From Leptolinea sp. UBA4782 (GTDB lineage: Bacteria > Chloroflexota > Anaerolineae > Anaerolineales > Anaerolineaceae), in the NCBI GenBank assembly GCA_002403095.1, contig DHHC01000021.1, positions 1,732 to 65,731 on the forward strand: a stretch of 64,000 bases of DNA, given 5' to 3'. The position numbers were made by a program, and so were the translations under genes. The notes beneath the pieces were generated by a model. The model saw nothing but the letters and a program-made list of their open reading frames with translations. It had not been told where the DNA came from and ran no database searches. Below, one piece after another: positions 16,573-26,025 of the stretch; within the stretch, counting starts at the first letter, position 1, and each line of letters starts with the position of its first letter.

Positions 16573-17346
16573 CTAGAACGAAAAATGCCTGACCTGCTTC
16601 AACGCGGCAGCTGTCTGCCTGGCAGCATCATCCAGGTATTTTTCTCCACGCGCAGGGTCAGCTGTGTGGGGATTGCCCAGTACCCCCTCCGAGGCAATAT
16701 CATCCGTCAGCCAGGCAAAATTTAAAGCGCCCATGAACGGCGGGGTTTCCTGTGCCAGCAGCCTCTCCGGAATGCCGTGCGGAGCCTGATCCATGTGCAC
16801 CAGGTCCGGTGTACAACTTAGCAGGACCGAGGTCTCCACATCCCCGGCGTGGATGCCGAAGACTTTCTCGCTCTCGCTTAATCCTTCCTCCGGCACCGCA
16901 ACCCGCAGGAAGAGGTGTAAAGCGAACACCATCAGCCCGGTCTTCTCGCGGATGTCGCGGATGGCAAAGTCGATCACTTCGGTATTGCCGCCGTGACCGT
17001 TGAGGATGACAAAGCGCTTGAACCCGCTGCGGGCAACGCTCTCTCCGATCTCCATTAGCACATGCAGCAGGGTTTCTGCGGTCAGGGTAACGGTGCCGGC
17101 AAAGTGGATGTGCTCATTGCTCTTACCGTATGCCTGGTGCGGGAGGGTATAGATGCCCGGCTCATCGCCCAACAAGCTCAGGCTGCGCTGCAGCACTTCC
17201 TGGGTGATGATGCTGTCGGTGTAAACCGGCAGGTGTGGGCCGTGCTGCTCAATGGAGGCAACCGGTAAAACCACAACCGCATGTTCTTTATCCGGCAGGG
17301 TTGCAATCTGGCGGCTGGTCAGGTGGGGTAAAAAGTGTGCATCCAT
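16573..17346 (-). CDS. Creatininase-family amidohydrolase
   Basis: Track ORF 16573..17382 (TTG). The ATG at 17346 (MDAHFLPHL...) lies 4 nt after the PPK2 stop. SIEQHGPHLP and ILNGHGGN motifs. Confidence 0.8.
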   Translation of the reverse strand: MDAHFLPHLTSRQIATLPDKEHAVVVLPVASIEQHGPHLPVYTDSIITQEVLQRSLSLLGDEPGIYTLPHQAYGKSNEHIHFAGTVTLTAETLLHVLMEIGESVARSGFKRFVILNGHGGNTEVIDFAIRDIREKTGLMVFALHLFLRVAVPEEGLSESEKVFGIHAGDVETSVLLSCTPDLVHMDQAPHGIPERLLAQETPPFMGALNFAWLTDDIASEGVLGNPHTADPARGEKYLDDAARQTAAALKQVRHFSF

Positions 17347-17350
17347 GTGC

Positions 17351-18163
17351 TTACCCGACCAACTCTGTGCGGTATTTTTCAATATCCTCAGCCGGTTGAG
17401 GATATTTCATTTTCAGTTTTTCCAGGGTGGCAACCATGATGCGTGATATCGCCAGGTTGCGGTACCATTTCTTATCCGATGGGATCACATACCAGGGCGC
17501 CCACTGGCGGCTGGTCTTCTCCAGCACAGCTTCGTAGGCTTTCTGGTATTCATCCCACTGCGCCCGCGTGTCCAGGTCACCCGGGTTGAACTTCCAGCGT
17601 TTGGCAGGGTCGTCCACCCTCTCCAGCAGGCGTTCACGCTGTTCATCTTTGTTGACGTGCAGGAAGAATTTCAAGATAGTAGTGCCTTCATCCGCCAGCA
17701 TGCGCTCGAAAGCGTTGATGTGGTCGAAACGTTTTTTCCAGACATTATCGGGAACCAGCTTGAGCACCCTGACAGCCAGCACATCTTCATACTGGCTGCG
17801 GTTGAAGATGACAATCTCGCCTTTCGCGGGGGTGTACTTGTGGATCCTCCACAGGTAATCATGGGAGAGTTCTTCGGGGGTGGGCACCTTGAAAGAGGCT
17901 ACTTTTACCCCCTGCGGGTTGACCCCGTCAAATACATGCCGGATGACTCCGTCCTTGCCGGCTGCATCCATGCCCTGCAGGATGATGAGCAGTTTATGCT
18001 TGCCTTCTGCGTACAGCAGTTCTTGCAGCGACTCCAGCTTAGCATTCAGCTTTTCGATTTCCGGAGCGGCATCCGCCTTTTTGCCCTCAAAATCAGGCGT
18101 GCTGTCTGTTTTCCATTCATTTAGATCGACTTTCTTCCCGGGTTCGACATAAAATTGTTTCAC
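17351..18163 (-). CDS. ppk2: Polyphosphate kinase 2 family (polyphosphate:nucleotide phosphotransferase)
   Basis: 270 aa. LQGMDAAGKDG Walker A-like motif and YLWR/FNRSQYEDVL blocks. GTG start with AGGAGGTG 5 nt upstream. Confidence 0.85.
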   Translation of the reverse strand: MKQFYVEPGKKVDLNEWKTDSTPDFEGKKADAAPEIEKLNAKLESLQELLYAEGKHKLLIILQGMDAAGKDGVIRHVFDGVNPQGVKVASFKVPTPEELSHDYLWRIHKYTPAKGEIVIFNRSQYEDVLAVRVLKLVPDNVWKKRFDHINAFERMLADEGTTILKFFLHVNKDEQRERLLERVDDPAKRWKFNPGDLDTRAQWDEYQKAYEAVLEKTSRQWAPWYVIPSDKKWYRNLAISRIMVATLEKLKMKYPQPAEDIEKYRTELVG

Positions 18164-18292
18164 TGTTCACCTCCTGAGCAGAGCTCCCTGGATTATTAGT
18201 AATCTCTCACGCACTTTTCCTATTTTACAATGGAATGGCACCGTGAATTCAAATATAATAGGATAAATGTATTAAGGGGACGGAGGTTAACA

Positions 18293-18652
18293 ATGTACAT
18301 GTGCATGTTCGTTTTAAATGATCCAGACCGGCTGGATGAAATTCTCGAAGCCTGGAACGCAGCCGGCATCAGCGGCGCAACCATTTTGGAAAGCACCGGC
18401 AGTTACCGTTACCGCGCCAATTTGAGCAAGCTGCATATGCGCTTCTTGCCTGAAGCACACCAATTGATGTCTGACCAGTTCAACTATACCCTTTTTGTGC
18501 TGGTGAGGGAAAGAGCCCAGGTGGATGCCTGCCTGCAGGTTATCGAACAGGTCATCGGTGACCTGAACAATCCAGACACTGGCGTTTTCGCTGCCTGGCC
18601 GCTGGAAGTGATCGAGGGAGTGTCTTCAGGTGCTGTAAAGGAAGGCTCCTGA
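18293..18652 (+). CDS. Small P-II-like (GlnB-fold-like) protein, family uncertain
   Basis: Track ORF 18230..18652. Start moved to ATG 18293 behind GGAGG. The beta-alpha-beta pattern MCMFVLNDPDRLDEILEAWNAAGISGATILESTG resembles P-II. Its stop overlaps the next start (TGATG). Confidence 0.5.
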   Translation: MYMCMFVLNDPDRLDEILEAWNAAGISGATILESTGSYRYRANLSKLHMRFLPEAHQLMSDQFNYTLFVLVRERAQVDACLQVIEQVIGDLNNPDTGVFAAWPLEVIEGVSSGAVKEGS

Positions 18653-19641
18653 TGGTCTGGATTGAATTTGTTGTTTCTGCATTACTCATTGTCTATGTCG
18701 CCATTAAACTGGCGGAATACGGGGATGCCCTCGCAGCCCGTACCGGGTTGGGTGGACTTTTTGTGGGCACCCTGTTGATAGCAGGAACAACATCCCTGCC
18801 CGAAGTGCTGACCTCCATCAGCTCGTTGCAGCTGGGTGAACCCAACCTGGCAGCTGGCAACCTGTTTGGAAGTAACATGTTCAATATGTTCCTGCTGGCA
18901 GTGGTTGACATGGTGAACCACAGGAAGCGCATCCTGCGCGGAGCAGCAATGAAGCATACCCTGACGGGCAGCCTGACCATGCTGCTTGTCGCGTTCGCCG
19001 TATTTTTCATCCTGGCAGATATTGACCTGAGTCTGGGCTGGATAGGGGCTGACAGCATTGTAATCATGCTGCTGTATATTGTGGCTGTCTGGCTGATCTA
19101 CCGGCAAAGCCCCCAGCCGGGTCACGGCCACGCAGCACCACCCATTCCTGACTCGGTACCCAAACTTGGTGTTGCCATTTTTGGGTTTGCCCTGGCTGCA
19201 GCCGGCTTGATCTTTATTACACCCTGGATGGTACGTACCAGCAATGATATTGCCACAATCACCGGGCTGGGAACAACATTCATCGGGACAACCCTGGTTG
19301 CCCTGGTCACTTCTTTGCCGGAACTGGTCACCACCATCACTGCCATCCGCCTGGGAGCAGCCGATATGGCAGTGGGCAACCTGTTCGGCAGCAACATGTT
19401 CAACATGTTTGCCCTCGGGCTGACGGATGTATTCTTCACCCAGGGACGTTTCTTATCCGTTGTGGACCCGGCATTCCTGGTCATTGCCAGCCTGGGATTG
19501 ATCATGACCGGAATGGCATTGATCGGAAACCTCGCCCGCCTTGAGCGTAGAGTGTTGTTCATTGAACTGGACGCCCTTGCACTGTTACTGGTGTATTTTG
19601 GCGGTATCTGGCTACTGTATACCAGGGGCATTGCCCCCTGA
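18652..19641 (+). CDS. Ca2+/cation antiporter family (CaCA, YrbG-like Na+/Ca2+ exchanger)
   Basis: 329 aa and polytopic. Two alpha-repeat signatures GNLFGSNMFNMF. Confidence 0.85.
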   Translation: MVWIEFVVSALLIVYVAIKLAEYGDALAARTGLGGLFVGTLLIAGTTSLPEVLTSISSLQLGEPNLAAGNLFGSNMFNMFLLAVVDMVNHRKRILRGAAMKHTLTGSLTMLLVAFAVFFILADIDLSLGWIGADSIVIMLLYIVAVWLIYRQSPQPGHGHAAPPIPDSVPKLGVAIFGFALAAAGLIFITPWMVRTSNDIATITGLGTTFIGTTLVALVTSLPELVTTITAIRLGAADMAVGNLFGSNMFNMFALGLTDVFFTQGRFLSVVDPAFLVIASLGLIMTGMALIGNLARLERRVLFIELDALALLLVYFGGIWLLYTRGIAP

Positions 19642-19672
19642 GCCTGGCTGAGGGGATTGAAAAGAGTAGACT

Positions 19673-20158
19673 ATGCGCAAGTTAATCGGGTTGCTGGCAG
19701 CCGCTGTCATCCTCCTCTCCATGGCATGTTCATGGTTCCAGGTTGAGCCCACGCCCGTCCAGCCGACCGCGACCATAACACCTGCACCTACTGCAACCAT
19801 CCTGCCAACTCCCGGATTGCAGATGCAAGCCAGCACGGTCACAATTGCTCCCGGCGAGCAGTTATCAATCACCGTGACCGTGGTCAACGTGCTCGATGCA
19901 ACCTGCACCAGCCTGTACTATAAAGACGGATCCATGACGGCATACGCCTGGCTGGGGGAAAGTGATTCGCAGTTACTCGAGCTCGCTTCAGAGATCAAGC
20001 CTTCCGGCAACCTTACCTTTACCTTAACCGGCAAGTCTCCCGGTACAGCAGAAATCAAGGCAGCCTGTGCGGGTAATGTCCGTTTCCAGCATGGAAAAGA
20101 AACTATCCTGGACCAGTGGTACGGGGTGAGCGAACCGGTTTTCATCACCATCCGGTAA
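19673..20158 (+). CDS. Hypothetical lipoprotein
   Basis: Signal peptide with lipobox LLSMAC, a Thr/Pro linker, then a beta-rich domain. No family recognised. Confidence 0.6.
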   Translation: MRKLIGLLAAAVILLSMACSWFQVEPTPVQPTATITPAPTATILPTPGLQMQASTVTIAPGEQLSITVTVVNVLDATCTSLYYKDGSMTAYAWLGESDSQLLELASEIKPSGNLTFTLTGKSPGTAEIKAACAGNVRFQHGKETILDQWYGVSEPVFITIR

Positions 20159-20178
20159 GCAAGTAAATACACACAAAC

Positions 20179-20209
20179 GGGCAGCCATTTGTGAGAGAGA
20201 ATGGCTGCC
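20179..20209. terminator. Bidirectional intrinsic terminator between convergent genes
   Basis: GGGCAGCCATT / AATGGCTGCC stem with a 10-nt loop, followed by TGTCTTTT on the plus strand. Confidence 0.7.
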
Positions 20210-20237
20210 TGTCTTTTAATAATACCAACCTGGCAGG

Positions 20238-21638
20238 CTAATTTACCGTTGGGCTGGGCGTTGGTGTATTTGTCGGTGTATCTGTCACTGTGGGTGTGGC
20301 AGTATCAGTTGGAGTAGGCGTTACAGTCGGGGTATCAGTAGCCGTACTGGTGGGTGTGACGGTTGGGGTGGGTGTGGCAGTGCTGGTGACAGTTGGTGTC
20401 CGGGTGGGAGGGATGTTATAGATCCTCGGCGCAAGCCATAACGCCTGGGCAGCGTTGGGGCTGCCGTTGTCCTTCACCGAAAGGATGAAACGGATGCTTT
20501 TTCCAACCAGCCCATCCAGGTTCACGGTAGCCTTATGGATGACTCCATCGCTGGTTTCCTTCCAGGTCCCCAGGTTGACCAGCGTGCCGTCATCTTTTTT
20601 ATAATCCAGCTTGTAGGTAATATTGCAGGCATTGAACCCGTAGGCACACCCGACCCAGGCGCTGAACATGTCACCCTTCTGTACCATGTACTTCGGGTAA
20701 ACAGCTTCCACAAAGCCCTGGTTTGGGTGCATCCACAAAGTACGTTCATCATCCACCCGGCCGCCTTCAAATTTGGGCGCCTTCAGCACAAGCCCCCAGG
20801 CATACTGGTAGCTGCTGTTTGCACAGGGCAGGGTCACCTTATCAACTCCCTCGCCGCTCTTCCAGGTTGCGGTGCACATTGAGGCAACAAAATCCAGGGG
20901 ATAAATAGCGGAGGGTACCGGGTCACTGGCTGGAGCATTTACCTTAATGGACGCCTTGAATGGATCTTTAGCGCCAGCGCCGGTGCCAAACATCTTCCCG
21001 CCGGCATTGCGCAGCATCCAATCACCGCTGAATGTACCCGGGCTGGCCGGAGCACGCAGGCTAATGGACAGGTCGATGCTCTGCCCCGGGGTAATGTTGG
21101 AGGTGAAGTTGTATACGCTCTGTCCCTCCATCCGGCTGCCGTTCACAAAGACCAGCGCGTACCCGGTTGTCCAGGTGCACGTTCCGGTGTTCTTTATGCG
21201 CCAACTCTTGGAGAAGAAATCACCCGGGAGAAATGTACTTCCATCCGGGATGGTGGTGCTGACCAGGGCAGCGCTGTCACAGGCGGTGCCTGAGGTTGGG
21301 GAGGCGGTTTTCCCGGGGGTTAAAGAACTGAATGGGGTTACGGATTTGAACGGGGTCAGGCTTGGGAATGGCGTCCGGGTGACCGCCTGGGTGCGCCCGG
21401 TTGTCGGGGTCATTGTCCCTATATTGATGCCTCCAGGTGTATCTGTTGCGATCAACCCCCAATCCGGGGTATTCTGCTGGCCTCCACCGGCATCACGGGT
21501 TAATTGTGCAGAAACCCCTTCGGCAACAGCAGTTTTCTCAGCTGAATCAACATCAACGGTCCCGGAAGGGAAAGCGCATCCTGATAGGAGAATGACCACA
21601 GCGATCCAGAGGATTGCCTGGTTGACTTTTTTAATCAT
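20238..21638 (-). CDS. Secreted lipoprotein with NBR1-like Ig domain, conserved C-terminal beta domain and Thr/Pro tail
   Basis: Track ORF to 21662 (GTG). The ATG at 21638 gives MIKKVNQAILWIAVVILLSGC (lipobox). The SKSWRIKNTGTCTW...FSGDWMLRN block is typical of the NBR1-type Ig-like domain. Paralogue of 21730..22875. Confidence 0.7.
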   Translation of the reverse strand: MIKKVNQAILWIAVVILLSGCAFPSGTVDVDSAEKTAVAEGVSAQLTRDAGGGQQNTPDWGLIATDTPGGINIGTMTPTTGRTQAVTRTPFPSLTPFKSVTPFSSLTPGKTASPTSGTACDSAALVSTTIPDGSTFLPGDFFSKSWRIKNTGTCTWTTGYALVFVNGSRMEGQSVYNFTSNITPGQSIDLSISLRAPASPGTFSGDWMLRNAGGKMFGTGAGAKDPFKASIKVNAPASDPVPSAIYPLDFVASMCTATWKSGEGVDKVTLPCANSSYQYAWGLVLKAPKFEGGRVDDERTLWMHPNQGFVEAVYPKYMVQKGDMFSAWVGCAYGFNACNITYKLDYKKDDGTLVNLGTWKETSDGVIHKATVNLDGLVGKSIRFILSVKDNGSPNAAQALWLAPRIYNIPPTRTPTVTSTATPTPTVTPTSTATDTPTVTPTPTDTATPTVTDTPTNTPTPSPTVN

Positions 21639-21729
21639 TTTGGTACCTGTTTTTCTTTCCACGCTATTATTGCGGTTAAGCGTTGATCTCCTTCATTTCG
21701 GTAGAGGTTGGTTTTTACGGCCCGAGGAT

Positions 21730-22875
21730 TCACCTATCGATAACAGGCGCTGTCCAGAACGCACGGTCGTCACTGGACGACCCGTTGTTTTGGACGGTGA
21801 AGATGAATTCCACCGATTTCCCGGCCAGGGATGAAAGGTCAATATCAATGTTGGTGTAGCTGCCATCAGACACTTCGCTCCAGCCGCCGAGCGCAGTAAC
21901 TGCGCCGCCGTCTGCAACATAAGCAAGCTGGAAGAGGACATTGCAGCTGGGGCTTTTATCCAGGCACCCGATCAGGGCTTTCAGCCGGTCACCGGACTGG
22001 ATGGAGATGGCAGGGAAGCGTCCGCTGATGTATCCGCCGCTCCCGTTGGATGGGATTGCCACAATGGTCGGCTCATCTTCCTGGTAACCGCCTTCCAGTT
22101 TGGGGGTTGTCTGCAGGGTAACTGAACCATTGGTAAAGTCATTCCCGCTGCCAGGGCACGGCAGTGCACCGGTTGAGCTGCTCCAGCGGGCGACACACAT
22201 ATTGTGGGCAAAGTCGAGTGGTTTAGCGGGGTCAAGGGTGGCCAGGGCAGTGACCTGGATTTTGACCCAAAAATAAGCCTTAGCAGATGAACCCAGGCCA
22301 AATGAGGTACCAGAAGCGTTTTTAAGCAGCCAGTTGGAGGTGTAGCTGCCGGTTGCACTTGGAGCGGTCATCCCTACAGAGACATCCACCGTTCCACCAG
22401 GGGCAACTGTGGTGTTGATCTTTACTGATGCGGGTGCGCCCATGGAGCTGCCCTCCACGAAGACGATAGTGTACTCCGGCGTCCAGGTGCAGGTGCCAAT
22501 GTTCTTCAAGCGCCAGGTTTTGGTGAATGCCTGCCCGGGCAGCAGCAGCGAGTCGTCCGGAATACTGACATCTTCCACCAGGCTGGCCCAGTCACAGGGA
22601 GTTGGTACAGGTGTGGAGGTTGCTGGCGTCATCTGCGGAGCAACGGTGTTTGTGGGTACAGCGGTTGCCTGCCCGGTGGGTAATCCCTGCCCGGGTTGGG
22701 CAGTAAGGGTGGCAACCATGGTTTCAAACGCCCCTTGCGTCTGGCGCACCTGGACTGTTTGGGCAACCGAGGTCTGTACCGAGTCAGAATTAACTGAGCC
22801 TGGTTTGGCGGGCATGTAGCAGGCTGAAAGTGCAAGCACGGTGATAAGCATAAACAGGGTAAATATCTTTTTCAT
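21730..22875 (-). CDS. Secreted lipoprotein with NBR1-like Ig domain (paralogue of 20238..21638)
   Basis: The ATG at 22875 gives MKKIFTLFMLITVLALSAC. TKTWRLKNIGTCTW...YTSNWLLKN. The C-terminal domain aligns with its neighbour. Confidence 0.7.
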   Translation of the reverse strand: MKKIFTLFMLITVLALSACYMPAKPGSVNSDSVQTSVAQTVQVRQTQGAFETMVATLTAQPGQGLPTGQATAVPTNTVAPQMTPATSTPVPTPCDWASLVEDVSIPDDSLLLPGQAFTKTWRLKNIGTCTWTPEYTIVFVEGSSMGAPASVKINTTVAPGGTVDVSVGMTAPSATGSYTSNWLLKNASGTSFGLGSSAKAYFWVKIQVTALATLDPAKPLDFAHNMCVARWSSSTGALPCPGSGNDFTNGSVTLQTTPKLEGGYQEDEPTIVAIPSNGSGGYISGRFPAISIQSGDRLKALIGCLDKSPSCNVLFQLAYVADGGAVTALGGWSEVSDGSYTNIDIDLSSLAGKSVEFIFTVQNNGSSSDDRAFWTAPVIDR

Positions 22876-22936
22876 GGTTTTCTCTCTACCCTCCTGACGA
22901 ACAAATCCTTCATTTTGTTCCATACATTTAAATAAT

Positions 22937-22968
22937 AACAGAGACTGGGATATTTTTCAGTCTCTGTT
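22937..22968 (-). terminator. Intrinsic terminator after 23035..23655
   Basis: Perfect 11-bp stem AACAGAGACTG / CAGTCTCTGTT with a 10-nt loop, followed on the minus strand by ATTATTT. Confidence 0.65.
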
Positions 22969-23034
22969 TTGGTCTCTGTTTACCGGTAAAGGGATTTTAC
23001 AGGTTGTTTTCGGTTCAATACAAGTAAGTTTTCC

Positions 23035-23655
23035 TTAGTTGCAGGATTCAAACGCGGGCAGGTGATTGTTGAGCGACACCCACTGCAACCGTTCGTATAC
23101 CCGCTGCAGGTCGGTATTGGTGGTGACCGCCATCAATTCGTCATACAGGGCACCATCGGCAACTTCCGTTTCAACACCTGCCTGGCAGGCTTCAACCAGT
23201 GAGCTAAAGCTGACCGGGGTGGTTAATCCCGGATTATCCGGCACCTCAACACCGTATTTCTCTGCCTGGCGGATGAGCACATTAACATGCATCTGCTCAG
23301 AGCGGACGATCCTGACAAACGGATTCACCTCGATGAACTGGTCAACGATGGCACTGTAGAGGTTGTAGGCGCCGTACTCTTCCAGGATGGCATCCTGGAG
23401 GGCGGTTTTCTCCTCATCCGATAAAGGCGTAAGGCTTACGCCGGAGGAATACCCCTGCCGCATCCCCCCTCCTGCCGGTGTGCCGTCACAGGTTTCGCCG
23501 CAACCGCCATAACCTCCCCCGCCGCCCGGTCCGCCTTTATTCTCTGCTGCTGCTGCAACAGTGCCTGCAGGTAGAAATGCCGCCAGGCTAATGGCGAGGA
23601 TGAACGCAGCCGTTAATACAGTCATCACAACACGTGTTTTATTTTTAGATTTCAT
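23035..23655 (-). CDS. Secreted ferritin-like DUF2202-type protein
   Basis: Start at ATG 23655 (MKSKNKTRVV...) behind AAGGAG. TM/signal segment, Gly-rich segment, then LSDEEKTALQDAILEEYGAYNLY...EQMHVNVL, typical of DUF2202. Confidence 0.65.
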   Translation of the reverse strand: MKSKNKTRVVMTVLTAAFILAISLAAFLPAGTVAAAAENKGGPGGGGGYGGCGETCDGTPAGGGMRQGYSSGVSLTPLSDEEKTALQDAILEEYGAYNLYSAIVDQFIEVNPFVRIVRSEQMHVNVLIRQAEKYGVEVPDNPGLTTPVSFSSLVEACQAGVETEVADGALYDELMAVTTNTDLQRVYERLQWVSLNNHLPAFESCN

Positions 23656-23754
23656 GGTTTTTCTCCTTGTTGTATTTGTTCCAATGAACAAGGCAAGGAT
23701 ACCGCGCCCAGGTGAAGGGACAACAAAGAGTTTGTAAAAATTCAGTAAAGAAAG

Positions 23755-25641
23755 TCAGCCAGCAGCAGGGCGCCTTATGACTTCGATCCTGTGCAGCCCG
23801 CCCCGTTCGGCAGGGATGTACTGCCAAACCTGGGGCATTTCACACGGGAGGAGTTCCCCATCCGAAACCTTAAAGGAGAAACCATGCGGATATTGCAGGT
23901 CCGAGAGAAAGATTTCGGTTGGCTGCGTAACAGCCGGGTCGTCCTGAAATTCGAACAGAAATTTCCCGCTGCGGAAATCGAAGGCCAGCTTCTGCAGCCT
24001 GCCTGCAATCCGCATGGGATACGGCCGGACAAATGCCTTTGTTGCCCTCCCGCCGGAATCGGGATCCTGCGGATCGTGTTGCTGGTCGCGCGAGAAGATG
24101 GAGAAGTCCTCATCATTCCATTTATCCCCGCGCTGGTTGGTGTTATCGGCGCAGTAATTCCAGAGCGCGGTGCTGAGCAAGTTTGCCTCCATCACCTGGT
24201 AAGAGGTATCCAGAGTGCGGACCTGGGCGCTGAAATCACCCGTCTGGTATGCCTTTTTCCTGTGCATATCGTAGGGGATGCCAAACTCTCCCACCAGGCT
24301 GGGAATTCCACCCAATTTATGTTCAGAGAATTCCCTGATCCTGCCAACTTGCCGTGTAAAAGTTTTCAGAATGTTCTTCTTCCCCAGGATCGGTTTTTCG
24401 GTATCAACATCCATGGTAAAGAATGGTATGTGCCGTTTCGAGACCAAGGTGATATCATCGTACCAGTGGGTGGCATTCACCAGCCCCTCGGGTTGGTTGG
24501 ATTCCCAGTGCGGCATCTCCCCATGCGGGTCGCCCTCGATGAACATGAACGCCTCCGGGTGAACCGCCCGGATGGTATAGGTGAACTTGTCGATGAACGG
24601 TCGCAGGTACTGCTGGGCATAATTGACCGGCTGCCCATTCTGTAGAGCAAAGTAATCCGGCTGCAGCAGAACCGGCTTGCCAGCCTGGTTGTAATCCCAT
24701 ACACCATGCTGACGCCAAATGCAGCCGCGCCCATCCGACCAGGCGCTCTCTCTTTCCTGGTTGAGCAGCGGCTTCCCGGTTCTTACAAAACCCGTCAGAC
24801 CAATCTTCCAGGTATCCACCTGGAGCGGGTTGCCGTCTCCCAGCACCATACCCTCATAAGGCGTGGGGCAGTATCCCCAGCGTACCCTGAGAGGAAATTT
24901 ATCCAGGTCCTGGATGCCGATATATCCGGCAGATGGCTCGTTCAGGGTGTCATACCCGATCACATGAGGCATGTCTTTCAACCGCATAGCAACCTGGCTG
25001 ACCGCCTGGATGTAATGGTTCTGCAGGTAATCCTGGATGGGCTGCCCATCTACCTGCAATTGCGGTGCAAAGTCGTTGCCCCCGAAGAACAGGGTGAACA
25101 TGGTGCTACAGGCAAGCTTGGCGGCATTCGTCGCCCAGATCATGCGCGGCAGCGGGTCGCCCACCTGGCTGTGAACTACAGCTGCTCCATTTTTGGTGAA
25201 GCGGGTCATCTCCAACCCGGCCGCTTCCAGCGTCCATCCGGGAGCGCCGTCTCCGCCGGTGAAACGGCTCCACACGTCCTGGTGGGGGTTGATGAACACG
25301 GAAAAACCATATTCTCCCGCCCTGCGGACAACTTCCTCAATATAATCCAGGTACTCCGTGTCGTACTCGCCTGGCCCGGCATACTCAATGGCTTCCCAGG
25401 TGACCAGGAACCGCAGCAGCGTGAATCCCCAGCGGCGCAGGCGGGAAAAATGCTCATCTGCCTCTTCCAGCGGGAAAGGCCTGCCGACAAAGGAGACATT
25501 GCGGTGGTCAAAGAAGCCTTCACGGCGGTAGGTTGAACCGTCGGGTCGGTATGGCACTTTGGAACTGCCCCCCAGGTTCACCCCCCGCAGCAAGAGCTGC
25601 CTGCCATGTTCATCGATGAAAGTGTCGCCTTGAATGTGCAT
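23755..25641 (-). CDS. Glycoside hydrolase family 5 (endoglycoceramidase/glucosylceramidase-like)
   Basis: RGVNLGG, FLVTWEAIE, INPHQDVWSRFTGGDGAP, and YDTLNEPS (catalytic acid NEP). Start chosen at ATG 25641 behind GGGAGAAGG. Confidence 0.8.
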   Translation of the reverse strand: MHIQGDTFIDEHGRQLLLRGVNLGGSSKVPYRPDGSTYRREGFFDHRNVSFVGRPFPLEEADEHFSRLRRWGFTLLRFLVTWEAIEYAGPGEYDTEYLDYIEEVVRRAGEYGFSVFINPHQDVWSRFTGGDGAPGWTLEAAGLEMTRFTKNGAAVVHSQVGDPLPRMIWATNAAKLACSTMFTLFFGGNDFAPQLQVDGQPIQDYLQNHYIQAVSQVAMRLKDMPHVIGYDTLNEPSAGYIGIQDLDKFPLRVRWGYCPTPYEGMVLGDGNPLQVDTWKIGLTGFVRTGKPLLNQERESAWSDGRGCIWRQHGVWDYNQAGKPVLLQPDYFALQNGQPVNYAQQYLRPFIDKFTYTIRAVHPEAFMFIEGDPHGEMPHWESNQPEGLVNATHWYDDITLVSKRHIPFFTMDVDTEKPILGKKNILKTFTRQVGRIREFSEHKLGGIPSLVGEFGIPYDMHRKKAYQTGDFSAQVRTLDTSYQVMEANLLSTALWNYCADNTNQRGDKWNDEDFSIFSRDQQHDPQDPDSGGRATKAFVRPYPMRIAGRLQKLAFDFRSGKFLFEFQDDPAVTQPTEIFLSDLQYPHGFSFKVSDGELLPCEMPQVWQYIPAERGGLHRIEVIRRPAAG

Positions 25642-25706
25642 TGCCTTCTCCCTGTCGAGCAATCGTCCCTACTATTATATACAAGGCCGCCTGTGCCTGC
25701 CCCCTA

Positions 25707-25970
25707 CGCATTGCAAGAGGTCTCGCCTCGAAAAGTCCAATGCGAGATCCTTCGGTCGCAAGCTTCCTCAGGATGACAAAAAGGTACATCCTTCATTCAC
25801 ATTTTTCTGTCACTCTGGGCAGAGCGATGAATCCCGGCTTGCTGTTTTTGTCACCCTGAACGCAGTGAAGGGTCTCGCCTTTACCCGTTTGTCATTTTGA
25901 GCGAAGCGAAAAATCTAGCCTTGAAAGAATCAGAGCAAGATCCTTTGGTCATTCTTCCCTCAGGATGGCA
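25707..25970. repeat. Cluster of 4-5 full and partial units of the same interspersed repeat family as 16399..16534
   Basis: Left-half units start at 25808 (degenerate), 25849 and 25890 (TGTCAYYYTGARCGMAGYGAAGRRTCTCGCC). Right-half units end at 25778 and 25970 (GATCCTTYGG...CCTCAGGATGRCA). The repeats generate the spurious ORF 25897..26397 (MSEAKNL...). Confidence 0.75.
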
Positions 25971-26025
25971 AATACATATAAAAGAGAGAGCGGATCATCT
26001 CCGCTCTCTCTTGGTTTCGGTTCGC

